A stretch of DNA of 35,230 bases from a virus (lineage: Duplodnaviria > Caudoviricetes), in IMG/VR virus record IMGVR_UViG_3300033076_000961, positions 1-35,230 of that record; one strand, written 5' to 3'. The notes below the pieces were generated by a model. It searched no databases. It saw only the letters and a list, made by a program, of their open reading frames with translations, and was not told the DNA's origin. Both the position numbers and the translations under genes were made by a program. Shown here piece after piece: positions 7,982 through 17,304 of the stretch. The number at the start of each line of letters is the position of its first letter. The first letter of the stretch is position 1.

Positions 7982-8193
7982 TGTGCGCGCCCCTGCGGAA
8001 TTTCGTGGCCGGTCTCAACCTTTTCCAAAATATCTCGCAGCATCATAGATATGCCAACGCGGTCGCCGGTATTCGCCAGCAAATAGGTTCCGTAGTCGTC
8101 CGCAGCAATGAAAACATAGGCTGCTTCGACGTCAGAACCCAATGCCGTCTTGATATTCTTGCTGACGTTCAACAGCATGTCTCGCGTTAGCAT
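7978..8193 (-). CDS. Hypothetical protein
   Basis: 71 aa, start and stop overlap both neighbours. Confidence 0.65.
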   Translation of the reverse strand: MLTRDMLLNVSKNIKTALGSDVEAAYVFIAADDYGTYLLANTGDRVGISMMLRDILEKVETGHEIPQGRAQ

Positions 8194-8603
8194 CAATCAT
8201 CCCCCGGCAGGTTTTTCTCAATTTCCTTGGCGTCTTCCAGAAGATCAGCGGCTCTATCCAAAGGAATGTCGCCAAACTTTTTGACTTGGTATTTGTCAAG
8301 AAGCGCCTTCGTATGCGACCGCGTCAGCGGCGACGAGTATGTCTTGGTCAGGATACGCAGCGCTTCGTCTTTTTGCTGCGCCTCCGCCAGTTCCGGGTTC
8401 TTCTTGACGTCTTTCTTCGTGATCGGTTTCGCCAACGTAGACAAAGACGCCTTCGCCAACCAAGGCGGCGTGTCCGCCAGCTTGGAGCCAATATCCATAA
8501 GCGCGCTCAAGACCTCACCGACGTCGTCGCCGTGGACTTCGACAGCGACAGCGGGGACCGCTCCCGTAAAATCGTGTTCGTAAGAAAGCCTCACCTGTTT
8601 CAT
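8193..8603 (-). CDS. Replication-module hypothetical protein
   Basis: C-terminal KALLDKYQVKKFGDIP resembles proteins commonly encoded upstream of DUF2800 genes. Confidence 0.7.
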   Translation of the reverse strand: MKQVRLSYEHDFTGAVPAVAVEVHGDDVGEVLSALMDIGSKLADTPPWLAKASLSTLAKPITKKDVKKNPELAEAQQKDEALRILTKTYSSPLTRSHTKALLDKYQVKKFGDIPLDRAADLLEDAKEIEKNLPGDD

Positions 8604-9982
8604 TCGTCACCCCCGGAAGAAAAAAGAGTATCCAGCTCGCGCGAGCGGTCTGCCAGCACGCGAGTAATTTTGTCGTCCGCGCCGTCCATCGTCACAAATC
8701 TCGCCAAGACAGGCTTGGTTTGACCAATGCGACGGCAGCGTCGAATTGCTTGGTAGTTATCCCCCGGAGACCAAGACGCCTCGCACATGATGACGTCGTG
8801 AGCAGCGGTGAGCGTCAGGTTGGTTGACGCTGCTTGTATCTGTCCTAGGAAAACCCGGACTGTTGGGTCTGTCTGAAATGTCTCTTGCGCACGTTGCTTC
8901 GCCTCTGCACTTACCCCACCATCAACGCGCACCACACCGAATGTGTCAAGTGATGTTCCTAGTATGTTCATTACGTCGCGGTGGATGGCGAATAACAGAA
9001 TTTTTTTAGTCGGGTCTGCTTCCAGTTCATTTTTAACGATGTCTACAATGTATGGAGCTTTGGCTAGACCGATGGCGCGTCTTTCGGTGGCAAACGCCAG
9101 CTCGGCCGCAGACAGATTGTCCAGCAGGTCGCCGCCTTTAGCCAACAGAGCTGCTAACTTTTGGTCCAGATTGTTGAGGACATTCGAGGCTTGTCCGTAT
9201 CTGTTGGTGAACAGCTCCCGCACGAGCGGCAATGTGTCTGTTCTCAAAGGCGGTATCTGCGTCAGGACGTCATCTGTCTTGAGGACGTTCATAATCGGCG
9301 CGAGGACCTTGCGCAGCTCCGGGAGCTTTTCAGGCTTGGTTCCACGAACAGCACGGACTTCCTTCGTCTTGTCGCGGCGCGATCCGTATTTCACTTTCAT
9401 CGTATCGACGCGACAAAACTCGTCTTCAAACATGCGCCATGACTTGCCGCGCACAACGTCGGGCCAGAGCGCACGAAACAACGGATATAGTTCCGACGCG
9501 GATTTCGTCGCGGGCGTGCCAGACAAGGGCAGCGTATATCTCGCGCGCAGGTAGAGGCCGTTGATCGGGTTGAGAACAAATCTCGTGCGTTCGCTGTCAC
9601 GACCAAGCATGTGCGCTTCGTCTAGGATCATCAAATCCCAGCTTGTATTGAGCAAATGTATTCTGATGCTGGAGCTGGACGATGACAGCATGTCATACGA
9701 CAAAAAGTAGACGCAGCACGACGACGGTTTGAGCTTTTCCGTCGATTTGCGAATGACGACCAATTCGCGGTTGATCTTCTGGCTAAGTTCAAATTCACGC
9801 CGCCAGTTCAAACGGCCATGCGCAGGGCCGACCACAAGGATGCGCTGCGCCGCGACACGGTCTGCGAAAGCAATAGACGTGAAAGACTTGCCCAGCCCCG
9901 GCTCATGCGCGACGTAGCGCGGCATGGTCGTCTGGCACAGCCAATCAACCGTCTTTTGCTGATATGCAAACAGTTCACGCAA
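8600..9982 (-). CDS. SNF2-family (SF2) DEAH helicase
   Basis: EPGLGKS, ILDEAH, LSGTP, QAIRRCRRIGQ; TTG start uncertain. Confidence 0.92.
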   Translation of the reverse strand: MRELFAYQQKTVDWLCQTTMPRYVAHEPGLGKSFTSIAFADRVAAQRILVVGPAHGRLNWRREFELSQKINRELVVIRKSTEKLKPSSCCVYFLSYDMLSSSSSSIRIHLLNTSWDLMILDEAHMLGRDSERTRFVLNPINGLYLRARYTLPLSGTPATKSASELYPLFRALWPDVVRGKSWRMFEDEFCRVDTMKVKYGSRRDKTKEVRAVRGTKPEKLPELRKVLAPIMNVLKTDDVLTQIPPLRTDTLPLVRELFTNRYGQASNVLNNLDQKLAALLAKGGDLLDNLSAAELAFATERRAIGLAKAPYIVDIVKNELEADPTKKILLFAIHRDVMNILGTSLDTFGVVRVDGGVSAEAKQRAQETFQTDPTVRVFLGQIQAASTNLTLTAAHDVIMCEASWSPGDNYQAIRRCRRIGQTKPVLARFVTMDGADDKITRVLADRSRELDTLFSSGGDE

Positions 9983-10202
9983 TTTCAGGGCGCTCCAACC
10001 ATTTCACGCGGGGCAGCGACAACGGCATAAAATGCGTCGTCTTCTGCGATGTTGAGCTACGCGACGGCCCTTCGCCGACAGGGACCATCCTCGTCACCTT
10101 TTCGATGACGAGCGGCGGTCTCTCGCGCGGAAAGACTTTGCGCCTTGTCTTTGAGACTTCACTGTCCTTCTGCATTATCCTGTCCTGCGTATTTCCAGAC
10201 AT
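9975..10202 (-). CDS. Hypothetical basic protein
   Basis: Fills the gap between resolvase and helicase; start uncertain. Confidence 0.45.
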   Translation of the reverse strand: MSGNTQDRIMQKDSEVSKTRRKVFPRERPPLVIEKVTRMVPVGEGPSRSSTSQKTTHFMPLSLPRVKWLERPEIA

Positions 10203-10665
10203 AATAGTGAGCCATGAGCAAAGCCTCGGCCTTATTGGCGTCGCGCTTTTTGTCGAGATAACGGGCGACAGAGGGATAGAGCCTACTCGCTACCTCACGG
10301 CTCTTGTCCTTGTCGTTGTCTAAGCCAAGCGATTTTTTCCAAACCGTCGGCGCGACTAAATGGGTCTGGATTTCCAAAGCGGCCAAAGCCCCTTGGATCA
10401 TGCCAAAGCCCACCCCGAAGTTGAAACTTGAAGACACCCCTTGTTTGGGGAACGCATGAACATTCTCGACGACGGCAACGACGTCTTTGAATGGTTTGAT
10501 TTGATCTCTTAATGCTTGCGCCCATGCGGCCGCTTGCATCATCTTGGCAGCGACGGGCATGTCGCCAATCCAAACGCCTTGCGGCGCGCCCACGACAACG
10601 AGGGCATAGGCCGCAGACACCGAACCGGGATCAACGCCGATCACCAGAGTTCCGGGTTTCAACAT
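10159..10665 (-). CDS. RuvC-like Holliday junction resolvase
   Basis: IGVDPG, VVENV, SSFNFG..FG, PTVWKK, KAEALL; start re-set to ATG 10665. Confidence 0.88.
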   Translation of the reverse strand: MLKPGTLVIGVDPGSVSAAYALVVVGAPQGVWIGDMPVAAKMMQAAAWAQALRDQIKPFKDVVAVVENVHAFPKQGVSSSFNFGVGFGMIQGALAALEIQTHLVAPTVWKKSLGLDNDKDKSREVASRLYPSVARYLDKKRDANKAEALLMAHYYVWKYAGQDNAEGQ

Positions 10666-10723
10666 CAACGCCCCCACGTTGAAACAAGACAGCACAGCGC
10701 CGCCAATATGATGAGAGTAAGCG

Positions 10724-11002
10724 TCAAGCACAGCGTCCTGCGGACGCGTGAGCGTCGGCAGCAGCGTCTTGTTCCGACGTATCCAGATAGCGCATGACAT
10801 CAAAGCCGGGATCGACTTTTCGGGCCAAAGCGACTATCAGGGCGACCCCGGCCGCCGGGGACCGCGCCTCCCGCGACCACGCATAGACAGTGGTCAGCTT
10901 GGGGACTTTCATCCCCTGCGCCAAAAGCAGCTCCCGCACGCGGGCAGGGCCGCCAAGGTCCTTAATCAGCTCGCCTAGGTTCCATTTAGGTTCAACGGTC
11001 AT
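10724..11002 (-). CDS. Cro-like HTH regulator
   Basis: LIKDLGGPARVRELL...TTVYAW pattern; divergent from the XRE repressor; first gene of the leftward operon. Confidence 0.7.
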   Translation of the reverse strand: MTVEPKWNLGELIKDLGGPARVRELLLAQGMKVPKLTTVYAWSREARSPAAGVALIVALARKVDPGFDVMRYLDTSEQDAAADAHASAGRCA

Positions 11003-11184
11003 TTGTTTGGCCTGTTGTTCAACATACAAGACAAAACGACTGATTTGCGGAAAGCTGTCAAGTGCGCCCGACACATTTTGTGAGGATATTTACTCTATTT
11101 CCCCAGAATGGTTCACAAATCGTTGACTTCTGTCTTTTTCAGGCGTAGTTCACAAAACGTCGAAAACGACAAAAGGAGACAAAA
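11003..11184. promoter_or_regulatory. Divergent immunity/switch region with candidate operators
   Basis: AT-rich gap; GTTCACAAAWCGT at 11111-11123 and 11148-11160, inverted related copy at 11073-11083. Confidence 0.6.
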
Positions 11185-11646
11185 ATGGCCCGCAAGTCCA
11201 TCCGGCGCTCGCCGCCGGTCGCGGGACTGACAAGTGAAGAACAGTTAGTCCACGAGAATTTCGCACGACGATTGCACAAGCTCATGCTTGAGAAGGGCAT
11301 GTCGCAATCTGATTTAGCCAGGAAGGTCTGGGGGGAGATTGAGGTCACAGATAAGCAAGGGCGCACAGCCAATGCCGCCAAGAATAGAGACCGGATTTCG
11401 GTCTATCTAAAAGGCGCGGGGTTCCCCGATCCAAAGAACCTAGCGAAGATCGCCAAGGCTCTTGGCACAACGGCGGAAGATTTAGCGCCGGAAGTTGCGG
11501 GCGCTGCAATCGAACGCGAAGCGCCGGAATTGAGCATGGTCGCCATCGCGGGGCAGCACGACAAAGTTCTGCTACGCGTCAATAAACTATTGCCGCTGGA
11601 GATAGCGGTTCAAGTCATCAATCTGATTTCATCGCACAAAGCATAA
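11185..11646 (+). CDS. XRE-family HTH repressor
   Basis: FARRLHKLMLEKGMSQSDLARKV...ISVYLKG..FP...LAKIAKALG; AAGGAG SD; no S24 peptidase motif seen. Confidence 0.88.
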   Translation: MARKSIRRSPPVAGLTSEEQLVHENFARRLHKLMLEKGMSQSDLARKVWGEIEVTDKQGRTANAAKNRDRISVYLKGAGFPDPKNLAKIAKALGTTAEDLAPEVAGAAIEREAPELSMVAIAGQHDKVLLRVNKLLPLEIAVQVINLISSHKA

Positions 11647-11975
11647 TGCTGGACAAAGAAGACCTGTGGTTGACCGACGCTGAAATAGGGGAGTTGCTGC
11701 ACAAGCATCCTGACAGCGTGTCTAGGTGGCGGCGTTTTGAGGGCCTGCCGTATCTTCCCGGTCGTCCTGCTTTAGTAAATTATAGGGATTTGTTCGCATG
11801 GCTGGAGCAGCGCAAGCAAACGAAACGCAGGTCAAATGGAACGACAAGCGGGGCGTCTGGGAAGTTCGCTGGACAGAACAGTCTGACGCCGGATACAGGT
11901 CGCGCGCTCTTTCGACAGGTATTAAAGACCGCGACGCGCAATTTGCGGCGGAAGTATTCAAGCAAGAATTTATAA
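11646..11975 (+). CDS. Excisionase-like HTH protein
   Basis: WLTDAEIGELL...SVSRWR..GLPY; directly upstream of and overlapping the integrase. Confidence 0.75.
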   Translation: MLDKEDLWLTDAEIGELLHKHPDSVSRWRRFEGLPYLPGRPALVNYRDLFAWLEQRKQTKRRSNGTTSGASGKFAGQNSLTPDTGRALFRQVLKTATRNLRRKYSSKNL

Positions 11976-12856
11976 CCCAGCAACGTCTTGTTGAGTTGAA
12001 CGGCGACGAGCCGCGCATAAGAGATATTCTCAAGCATTATGAAGCTGACGCCAAAGCGCGCAGCGTTGTGAAAATCAAGAACGTCATTGGCCGCCTCGAC
12101 AAAACGCTGGGGCCTTTTAGATTGTCTGTCTTAACGTCCGAAGACATTACGCTCGCCATGTCAAAGCGGGGTATATCTTCTGCGTCGATACGTTATGAGC
12201 TTCAAATCCTTAAAGCCGCCATTGGCTACGCCCACAAGACAGGCTTTCTTGAGAAAGACATATCTGTCCACGTATCGCTCCCCAAAGTTGGACAGCGCAG
12301 ATTAGAGTTCTTGGACGAGCAACAAGAGAGTGAGTTTCACGCGCTTGCATGTGGACTAAGCATTGGACAAGACAGGCTTACTAAACTCACAAAATTTATT
12401 TGTATTGGTCTCGACACCGGAGCAAGACGACAAGCAATACTAGATTTGACGTGGGACCGCGTCGACTTCACCAACAATACAATCGACTTTAGACAGCCGG
12501 GACGCGCCATCACGAAGAAGCGCAGGCCGGTTCATCCCATCAATTCAAGGTTACTGCCTGTCTTACAGCGCGCTTACAAAGAGCGCACAAAGAGCGACAA
12601 AGGTTTTGTTGTGGGGCCGACAGATTTACCGAGAGCTTGGCGCATGTTCATAGAGACGACGCCCTTCAAGTGGATGACGCCGCACCACATGCGACATAGC
12701 TATGCGACGCTTATGCTGGCGTCTGGCGTCGACATTACGCTTGTGGCCGAGTTGTTAGCCGACAGTCCTGTGACTGTCTGGCGCACCTATTCCCATGTGA
12801 TTTCAGGGAGGTTACGCGACGCAGCAGACGCGCGCATACAAAAATTTATGTCTTGA
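11798..12856 (+). CDS. int: Tyrosine recombinase / phage integrase
   Basis: TGARR (Arg), TKKRR (Lys), HHMRH (HxxR), TYSH (Tyr). Confidence 0.93.
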   Translation: MAGAAQANETQVKWNDKRGVWEVRWTEQSDAGYRSRALSTGIKDRDAQFAAEVFKQEFITQQRLVELNGDEPRIRDILKHYEADAKARSVVKIKNVIGRLDKTLGPFRLSVLTSEDITLAMSKRGISSASIRYELQILKAAIGYAHKTGFLEKDISVHVSLPKVGQRRLEFLDEQQESEFHALACGLSIGQDRLTKLTKFICIGLDTGARRQAILDLTWDRVDFTNNTIDFRQPGRAITKKRRPVHPINSRLLPVLQRAYKERTKSDKGFVVGPTDLPRAWRMFIETTPFKWMTPHHMRHSYATLMLASGVDITLVAELLADSPVTVWRTYSHVISGRLRDAADARIQKFMS

Positions 12857-12912
12857 GGCTTGCAAAACAGACGCGACACGCAGAGATTGGCGTCCCTGTC
12901 TCCCTAATAAAG

Positions 12913-12940
12913 AACCCCCGCACCGTGAAGCGCGGGGGTT
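12913..12940. other. GC-rich hairpin between integrase and primase
   Basis: AACCCCCGC / GCGGGGGTT 9 bp stem; only a weak T tract on either strand. Confidence 0.45.
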
Positions 12941-12984
12941 AAGGTAAGGGAGGAAACAACCCACCATGCAAGAAGGAAGCTCCG

Positions 12985-15246
12985 ATGGAGAATATAGTCG
13001 AGAACAACGCGCCCGTAAAGTCTGTTTCAAAGAAAGACATGCAGGACGTTGCGCAACAATGGATTAGCAACGGTTTTGAGCAAGCGCTCATTCCATTGAA
13101 GCAGGGTGAGAAGAAGCCGGACGTGCAGGATTGGGTGAACGCACGCATTGCGGGCGACGACATCATCAAGGCGGTTGGCCGGGGCTTGAACGTCGGGGTT
13201 CTCACAGCAGGCTATTCAGCCTTCGACGTCGAGGACACAGAATATGCAGACGATATTATGGAGATACTCCAAAGGCGGTTCCCGACAGCGCCGCACAGGT
13301 TCCGCCCCGGTTCAAAGTCACGCGCAATGCTTGTCAGGTTCTCCAATCCGCTAGACCTGCGGAACGTCGATTGGACGTCGGGGGGAATTACAGAAGACAA
13401 CGGCACGCCATCAGGAAGAAAGTTATTTGAGATATTGGGCGCTGGGCGGCAGCTCATGGTGGAAGGTCGCCACCCGTCAGGAACAATGGTCGAGTGGACA
13501 GCACGGCCGACCGCAGACACCTTACCCGCAGCGGATTACTATGATCTCACAGACGTCTTCCACGAAGTCCAGACAATGCTGGAAGGAAAGGACGTCAATA
13601 TACGAGCGACAGTCGCTTCAACTCGGCGCGACCATACAAGCACTGCACAAGTTGGCGGCGACAGATGCGACGAAGACAAGTTAGAGAAGCTGGTCGCGCT
13701 CATTCCGAACGACAAAGAGTTCCTAGACAGGGATAAGTGGGTCGAGCTGGGACATGCAATCTATGGGGCGTCAGGCGGGTCCGAGAAGGGAAAAGAGATT
13801 TGGAGCAACTGGTCGAACCAAGTTCCGCAGGACCCAGCAGACGCGCCGGAGAAGTTCTGGGAGACAGTCAGACCAGACAACGTCAGGACAGGCGCGAGCC
13901 TTGTCGAAAGCTGGGCGCAGAAGTTCAATCCCGTAGAGGTCGCGCGCTTGGAGCTGGGTCCGCTCCCTTTTGAGGACAAGGCGGATCATCTTTCAAAGGA
14001 ATGGCGGCAGGCCATCAAACGCTTGAGGGCGTCGAGACAGGAAGCAGGTCACGAGGCTTTCTATGGCAAGGAAGACAGCGACGAAGGGTTCGTGACGTTT
14101 GATTTTAACGACACGTGGAGCAGGCCATTCGTGCGCCCTGACATCACGGACTGGCACGCCAGAGGCGAGGTCTCTGTCTTGGCGGCAGCTCCCGGCACAG
14201 GCAAGTCCACCCTGTCTTGCCTCTATGCGGTGGCGACAGCTTTAGAGCGCCCGGACCTAGTGGGTCTCACAAAAATCGACTGGACAGGCGACGTCATCAT
14301 TGTCTCGAACGAAGACAGGAAGGCGAGCATCGAACGCAAGCTCCAAGCCTATAAAAATCTTCTCAATATCCAGCACGGGGAAGCCAAGCACAAAATCCAT
14401 CTTTGGAACGAGCGACTGGCGGTCGTCTCCAAGTCAGGCAACCTAGGCGTCGCGCCCACAAGAGACGCGGTCAGGTTCATAGACAGATTGTCAGACCTGC
14501 GACAAAGCAGCTCAATCGCAATGGTAATTATTGATACCCTAGCATCAGCGGTAGACGGCAGCGACGAGAACAGCGTCGGCGACATGCAGGCCCTAATGAA
14601 CGCCTGCGGCGACATAGCACAAGCAGGGTTTTGTTCAGTAGTCTTAATACATCACGTCAAAAAGACCATAAACGACAAAGACGATACGTTAAGTTTGAAC
14701 GACGTCAGAGGATCAGGAGCCATAGGTGGAGCCGTCAGGTCAGGCGTGGGGATTGTTAAGTGCGGGGAAAAGCGCCGGGACGATTACGGATGGACGGAAG
14801 ACGAGCGCCGCAAGACAATTCGATTTGACGGCATAAAGGCCAATGACAGGCCATTGGCGGGCGAGAGGTTCTTTCGTTTTGAGCCTGTCATCCTTCAAGC
14901 AGACGACCCCAGAGACCTAACCCAGACAGCCACAGTAGAAGCAGGCGTCTTGAGGATCATCCCAACCCCGCAGGTCGTAAAGACAGACTGGAAGACAAGA
15001 ACCAAGGATTGTCTGGAAGTCCTATTGAGGGGCGGCGAGGAATTGTCTGCGGATACCACAGTGACAGGACCTTTTGCGGCAGGGTCCGCCGTGGCGCGGG
15101 TGCTAGACGCAGAAGGCGGGGACCGGCGGAAGGACCGCCGGGACGTCGTGAAGGCTATAGGTGAATTGATAGAGGAAGGGTCGCTTGTGGTCGACGTCCG
15201 CTTTGACAAAAAGCGCAACCAAAAGCGGTTTTTGACGCTACCTTAA
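12985..15246 (+). CDS. Primase-helicase: bifunctional primase/polymerase N-terminus, PriCT-2, AAA_25/RepA-type helicase
   Basis: LIPLKQGEKKP, NVGV, FDVED, GRHPSG; DKWVELGHAI...WSNWS; AAPGTGKS, IIDT, LIHH, RGSGA. Confidence 0.9.
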   Translation: MENIVENNAPVKSVSKKDMQDVAQQWISNGFEQALIPLKQGEKKPDVQDWVNARIAGDDIIKAVGRGLNVGVLTAGYSAFDVEDTEYADDIMEILQRRFPTAPHRFRPGSKSRAMLVRFSNPLDLRNVDWTSGGITEDNGTPSGRKLFEILGAGRQLMVEGRHPSGTMVEWTARPTADTLPAADYYDLTDVFHEVQTMLEGKDVNIRATVASTRRDHTSTAQVGGDRCDEDKLEKLVALIPNDKEFLDRDKWVELGHAIYGASGGSEKGKEIWSNWSNQVPQDPADAPEKFWETVRPDNVRTGASLVESWAQKFNPVEVARLELGPLPFEDKADHLSKEWRQAIKRLRASRQEAGHEAFYGKEDSDEGFVTFDFNDTWSRPFVRPDITDWHARGEVSVLAAAPGTGKSTLSCLYAVATALERPDLVGLTKIDWTGDVIIVSNEDRKASIERKLQAYKNLLNIQHGEAKHKIHLWNERLAVVSKSGNLGVAPTRDAVRFIDRLSDLRQSSSIAMVIIDTLASAVDGSDENSVGDMQALMNACGDIAQAGFCSVVLIHHVKKTINDKDDTLSLNDVRGSGAIGGAVRSGVGIVKCGEKRRDDYGWTEDERRKTIRFDGIKANDRPLAGERFFRFEPVILQADDPRDLTQTATVEAGVLRIIPTPQVVKTDWKTRTKDCLEVLLRGGEELSADTTVTGPFAAGSAVARVLDAEGGDRRKDRRDVVKAIGELIEEGSLVVDVRFDKKRNQKRFLTLP

Positions 15247-15247
15247 A

Positions 15248-15382
15248 CCTACGAAAAGAGCCTACGAAGAACCTACGATAACCTACGAAAAAATCCTTCG
15301 TGGGTTTCGTAGGCTCCCTATAGTCAAAACGACCTACGAAGGGTCGTTTGACTATAGGGGGAGCCTACGAAGAAACCCACGA
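15248..15382. repeat. Probable replication origin: CCTACGA iterons plus long imperfect inverted repeat
   Basis: CCTACGA at 15248, 15261, 15272, 15282, 15333, 15364 and inverted at 15307; arms of about 37-41 bp spanning 15298-15382; directly after the primase stop. Confidence 0.75.
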
Positions 15383-15480
15383 CACACGACACCAGATAGG
15401 CGTGCAATTAAAGCGGCCATGCAGGCGGCGGGCGTGGCCGCTGGGCGTCTATAGCCCCACCTGCTAGAAACCCTGCCAGC

Positions 15481-15509
15481 AATAAAAAAGGCGGCCCTGC
15501 GGCCGCCTT
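15481..15509 (-). terminator. Intrinsic terminator of the AAA+/VWA operon
   Basis: AAGGCGGCC-CTGC-GGCCGCCTT hairpin with the T tract on the minus strand. Confidence 0.8.
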
Positions 15510-15531
15510 AGACGTTTTGTAGTAGGGCGCG

Positions 15532-17286
15532 TCAGGCGGCGCTTTTCAAGCGCCGCGCCACAATGCCCAGACCTTCCCGCGCAAGGTCCGCCGGGTCCAT
15601 GATATTGACGCTATCCGGGAAGTAGGGGCTAACGTCGTGCAATAGCCCGACGCCAATCGTCTCTATGCCCTGTTTCGCCCAAAGGTCCACAGACCGCCGC
15701 CAGACCTTATCCGTGTGAAGGAAGAAGTCCTCGCCATCGGATAGGACGAACAAAAGGCGGCGCGTCGCGTCGCGCTGGGCTAACAGACGCCCCGCCGCAT
15801 ATTCAGAGGCGATTAGATTGCCCGTGCCGGGATAGACCTTTGTCCGGCCGATTAGCGGCCGTTGCTTCCGCCATGTCGCCGCAAAGGGCTTGCGGATTTC
15901 AACGCGCGCCCCGCCGCCATAGGGGTGGCCCTGTAGACCTGCGGCGATAATCTCAAAAGCAACGCCAGCGCGGTCTAGGGCGTCGCCCATCGCCAGCGCC
16001 ATTGCGGCCGCGTAGGTGAGCTTGCCCTTTTCATCCATTGACGACGACGCGTCCAAAACAATCGAAACGGCCGCGTTGACGCCTTCCGCGTATGACCTGC
16101 GCGCAAAGACGTCCGCCGCCCCGGTCAACGCGCGGGAGTAGGCGCGCCGATCCAGACGACCGGCGGTCTGGCCGCGCGTAATTGCTACGCGGTCTGGGGA
16201 CCGCACAAGGCGTTGAAGGTCCGCTTTCAGCTTAGAGAGGGACGGGTAGACCTTCTCTAAAACCGGGACCATGTCCGGGCGTCCTTTCTGCATGACGTCC
16301 ACAGGCATGACGCGCGGGGTGGGCATGGCCCCCAGCGTTTCGTCCGCCCGCAGGTCCGCGTCTGTCTTGCCCATACGCTCGTTTATGGCGCGGGCTATGT
16401 CTTTAAGGTCCGGTTCAACCCCCGGCGCGCCAAAGGACGTCTGGGCGTCGCCCTGCGGCGCGTCCGGCTTGCGGCGCGTCCGGCCGCTTTTTTGCGGCTG
16501 AACTTGCGCTTCTTCCTGCGGGGCGTCGTTGCCCTGCGGCGCGGCTTGTGCGCCTTGCTGGGCTTCTTCCTCGCCTTCCTGCGGCTGGGCTTGCTGCTGG
16601 GGAGCGCTTTGCGAGGCTTTCTTCGCGCGGTTTTCGGCCGCCTTCTGTCTTTTTGAGATTTTACGCGCCAGCGTCAGGATGTCTTGCGTTGATTGGCAAG
16701 CGGTCAATTCCGGCCATATCCAAGCCCAGCTTTTTGCAAGGGCAGGGGATAGGGCAGGAAGCGCCGGGAGATTGTAACCGCCCACAAGGGCGCGGCCATA
16801 TATCGCCAAGCAAAACGCAAAGCCCTGCGGCTGGGCAGGGTCAAAACCTTGCGCAAGGGCTTTTTCCAGCATGTAGGACGCCAGCGCCTCTAATAGACCT
16901 TGCGCATTGGCCGCAACGCCAGACGCAATGGTCTGACGCTCAATGCGCACGTCTTCCAGCGCGTTGACAAGGTCCTGCACGCCTTCACGGATTGCGACCT
17001 GCCAGACGCCAAAATCAGTGAAGCAAGCATGGCCGGTTTCGTGGATTGTATATCCCGCCCATAGGTCCCGCTCGCGCGTCGTCATGCGGGCGTCCAGCGG
17101 GATTGATGGCAGGTTAAGGGTCCATTGCTGGGCATGGTTGAAGGGATTAGGGCCGAACATTATCCCGGCCGTCTGTCCGCTCAATTCCAGTCGCCACGGG
17201 TAACGCGGCGCGCTGGGGCGCGCCGCCGTATAGAGCTTTTCGGCCGTCTGGACGCAGCCACGGGTGAGGTCTTTGTAGGTCGTCAT
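15532..17286 (-). CDS. CobT-like VWA protein with N-terminal HExxH domain
   Basis: HETGH, NALEDVRIE, Q/A/P-rich linker, GRLD, MIDAS DASSS, LSDG. Confidence 0.85.
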   Translation of the reverse strand: MTTYKDLTRGCVQTAEKLYTAARPSAPRYPWRLELSGQTAGIMFGPNPFNHAQQWTLNLPSIPLDARMTTRERDLWAGYTIHETGHACFTDFGVWQVAIREGVQDLVNALEDVRIERQTIASGVAANAQGLLEALASYMLEKALAQGFDPAQPQGFAFCLAIYGRALVGGYNLPALPALSPALAKSWAWIWPELTACQSTQDILTLARKISKRQKAAENRAKKASQSAPQQQAQPQEGEEEAQQGAQAAPQGNDAPQEEAQVQPQKSGRTRRKPDAPQGDAQTSFGAPGVEPDLKDIARAINERMGKTDADLRADETLGAMPTPRVMPVDVMQKGRPDMVPVLEKVYPSLSKLKADLQRLVRSPDRVAITRGQTAGRLDRRAYSRALTGAADVFARRSYAEGVNAAVSIVLDASSSMDEKGKLTYAAAMALAMGDALDRAGVAFEIIAAGLQGHPYGGGARVEIRKPFAATWRKQRPLIGRTKVYPGTGNLIASEYAAGRLLAQRDATRRLLFVLSDGEDFFLHTDKVWRRSVDLWAKQGIETIGVGLLHDVSPYFPDSVNIMDPADLAREGLGIVARRLKSAA

Positions 17287-17304
17287 TTTGAAAAATCCCC
17301 CGGA

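Noticed and set aside
15248-15382. Mini-CRISPR or transposon end
   Set aside because: Repeats are only 7-8 bp with 3-6 bp gaps and there is no transposase; position fits an origin
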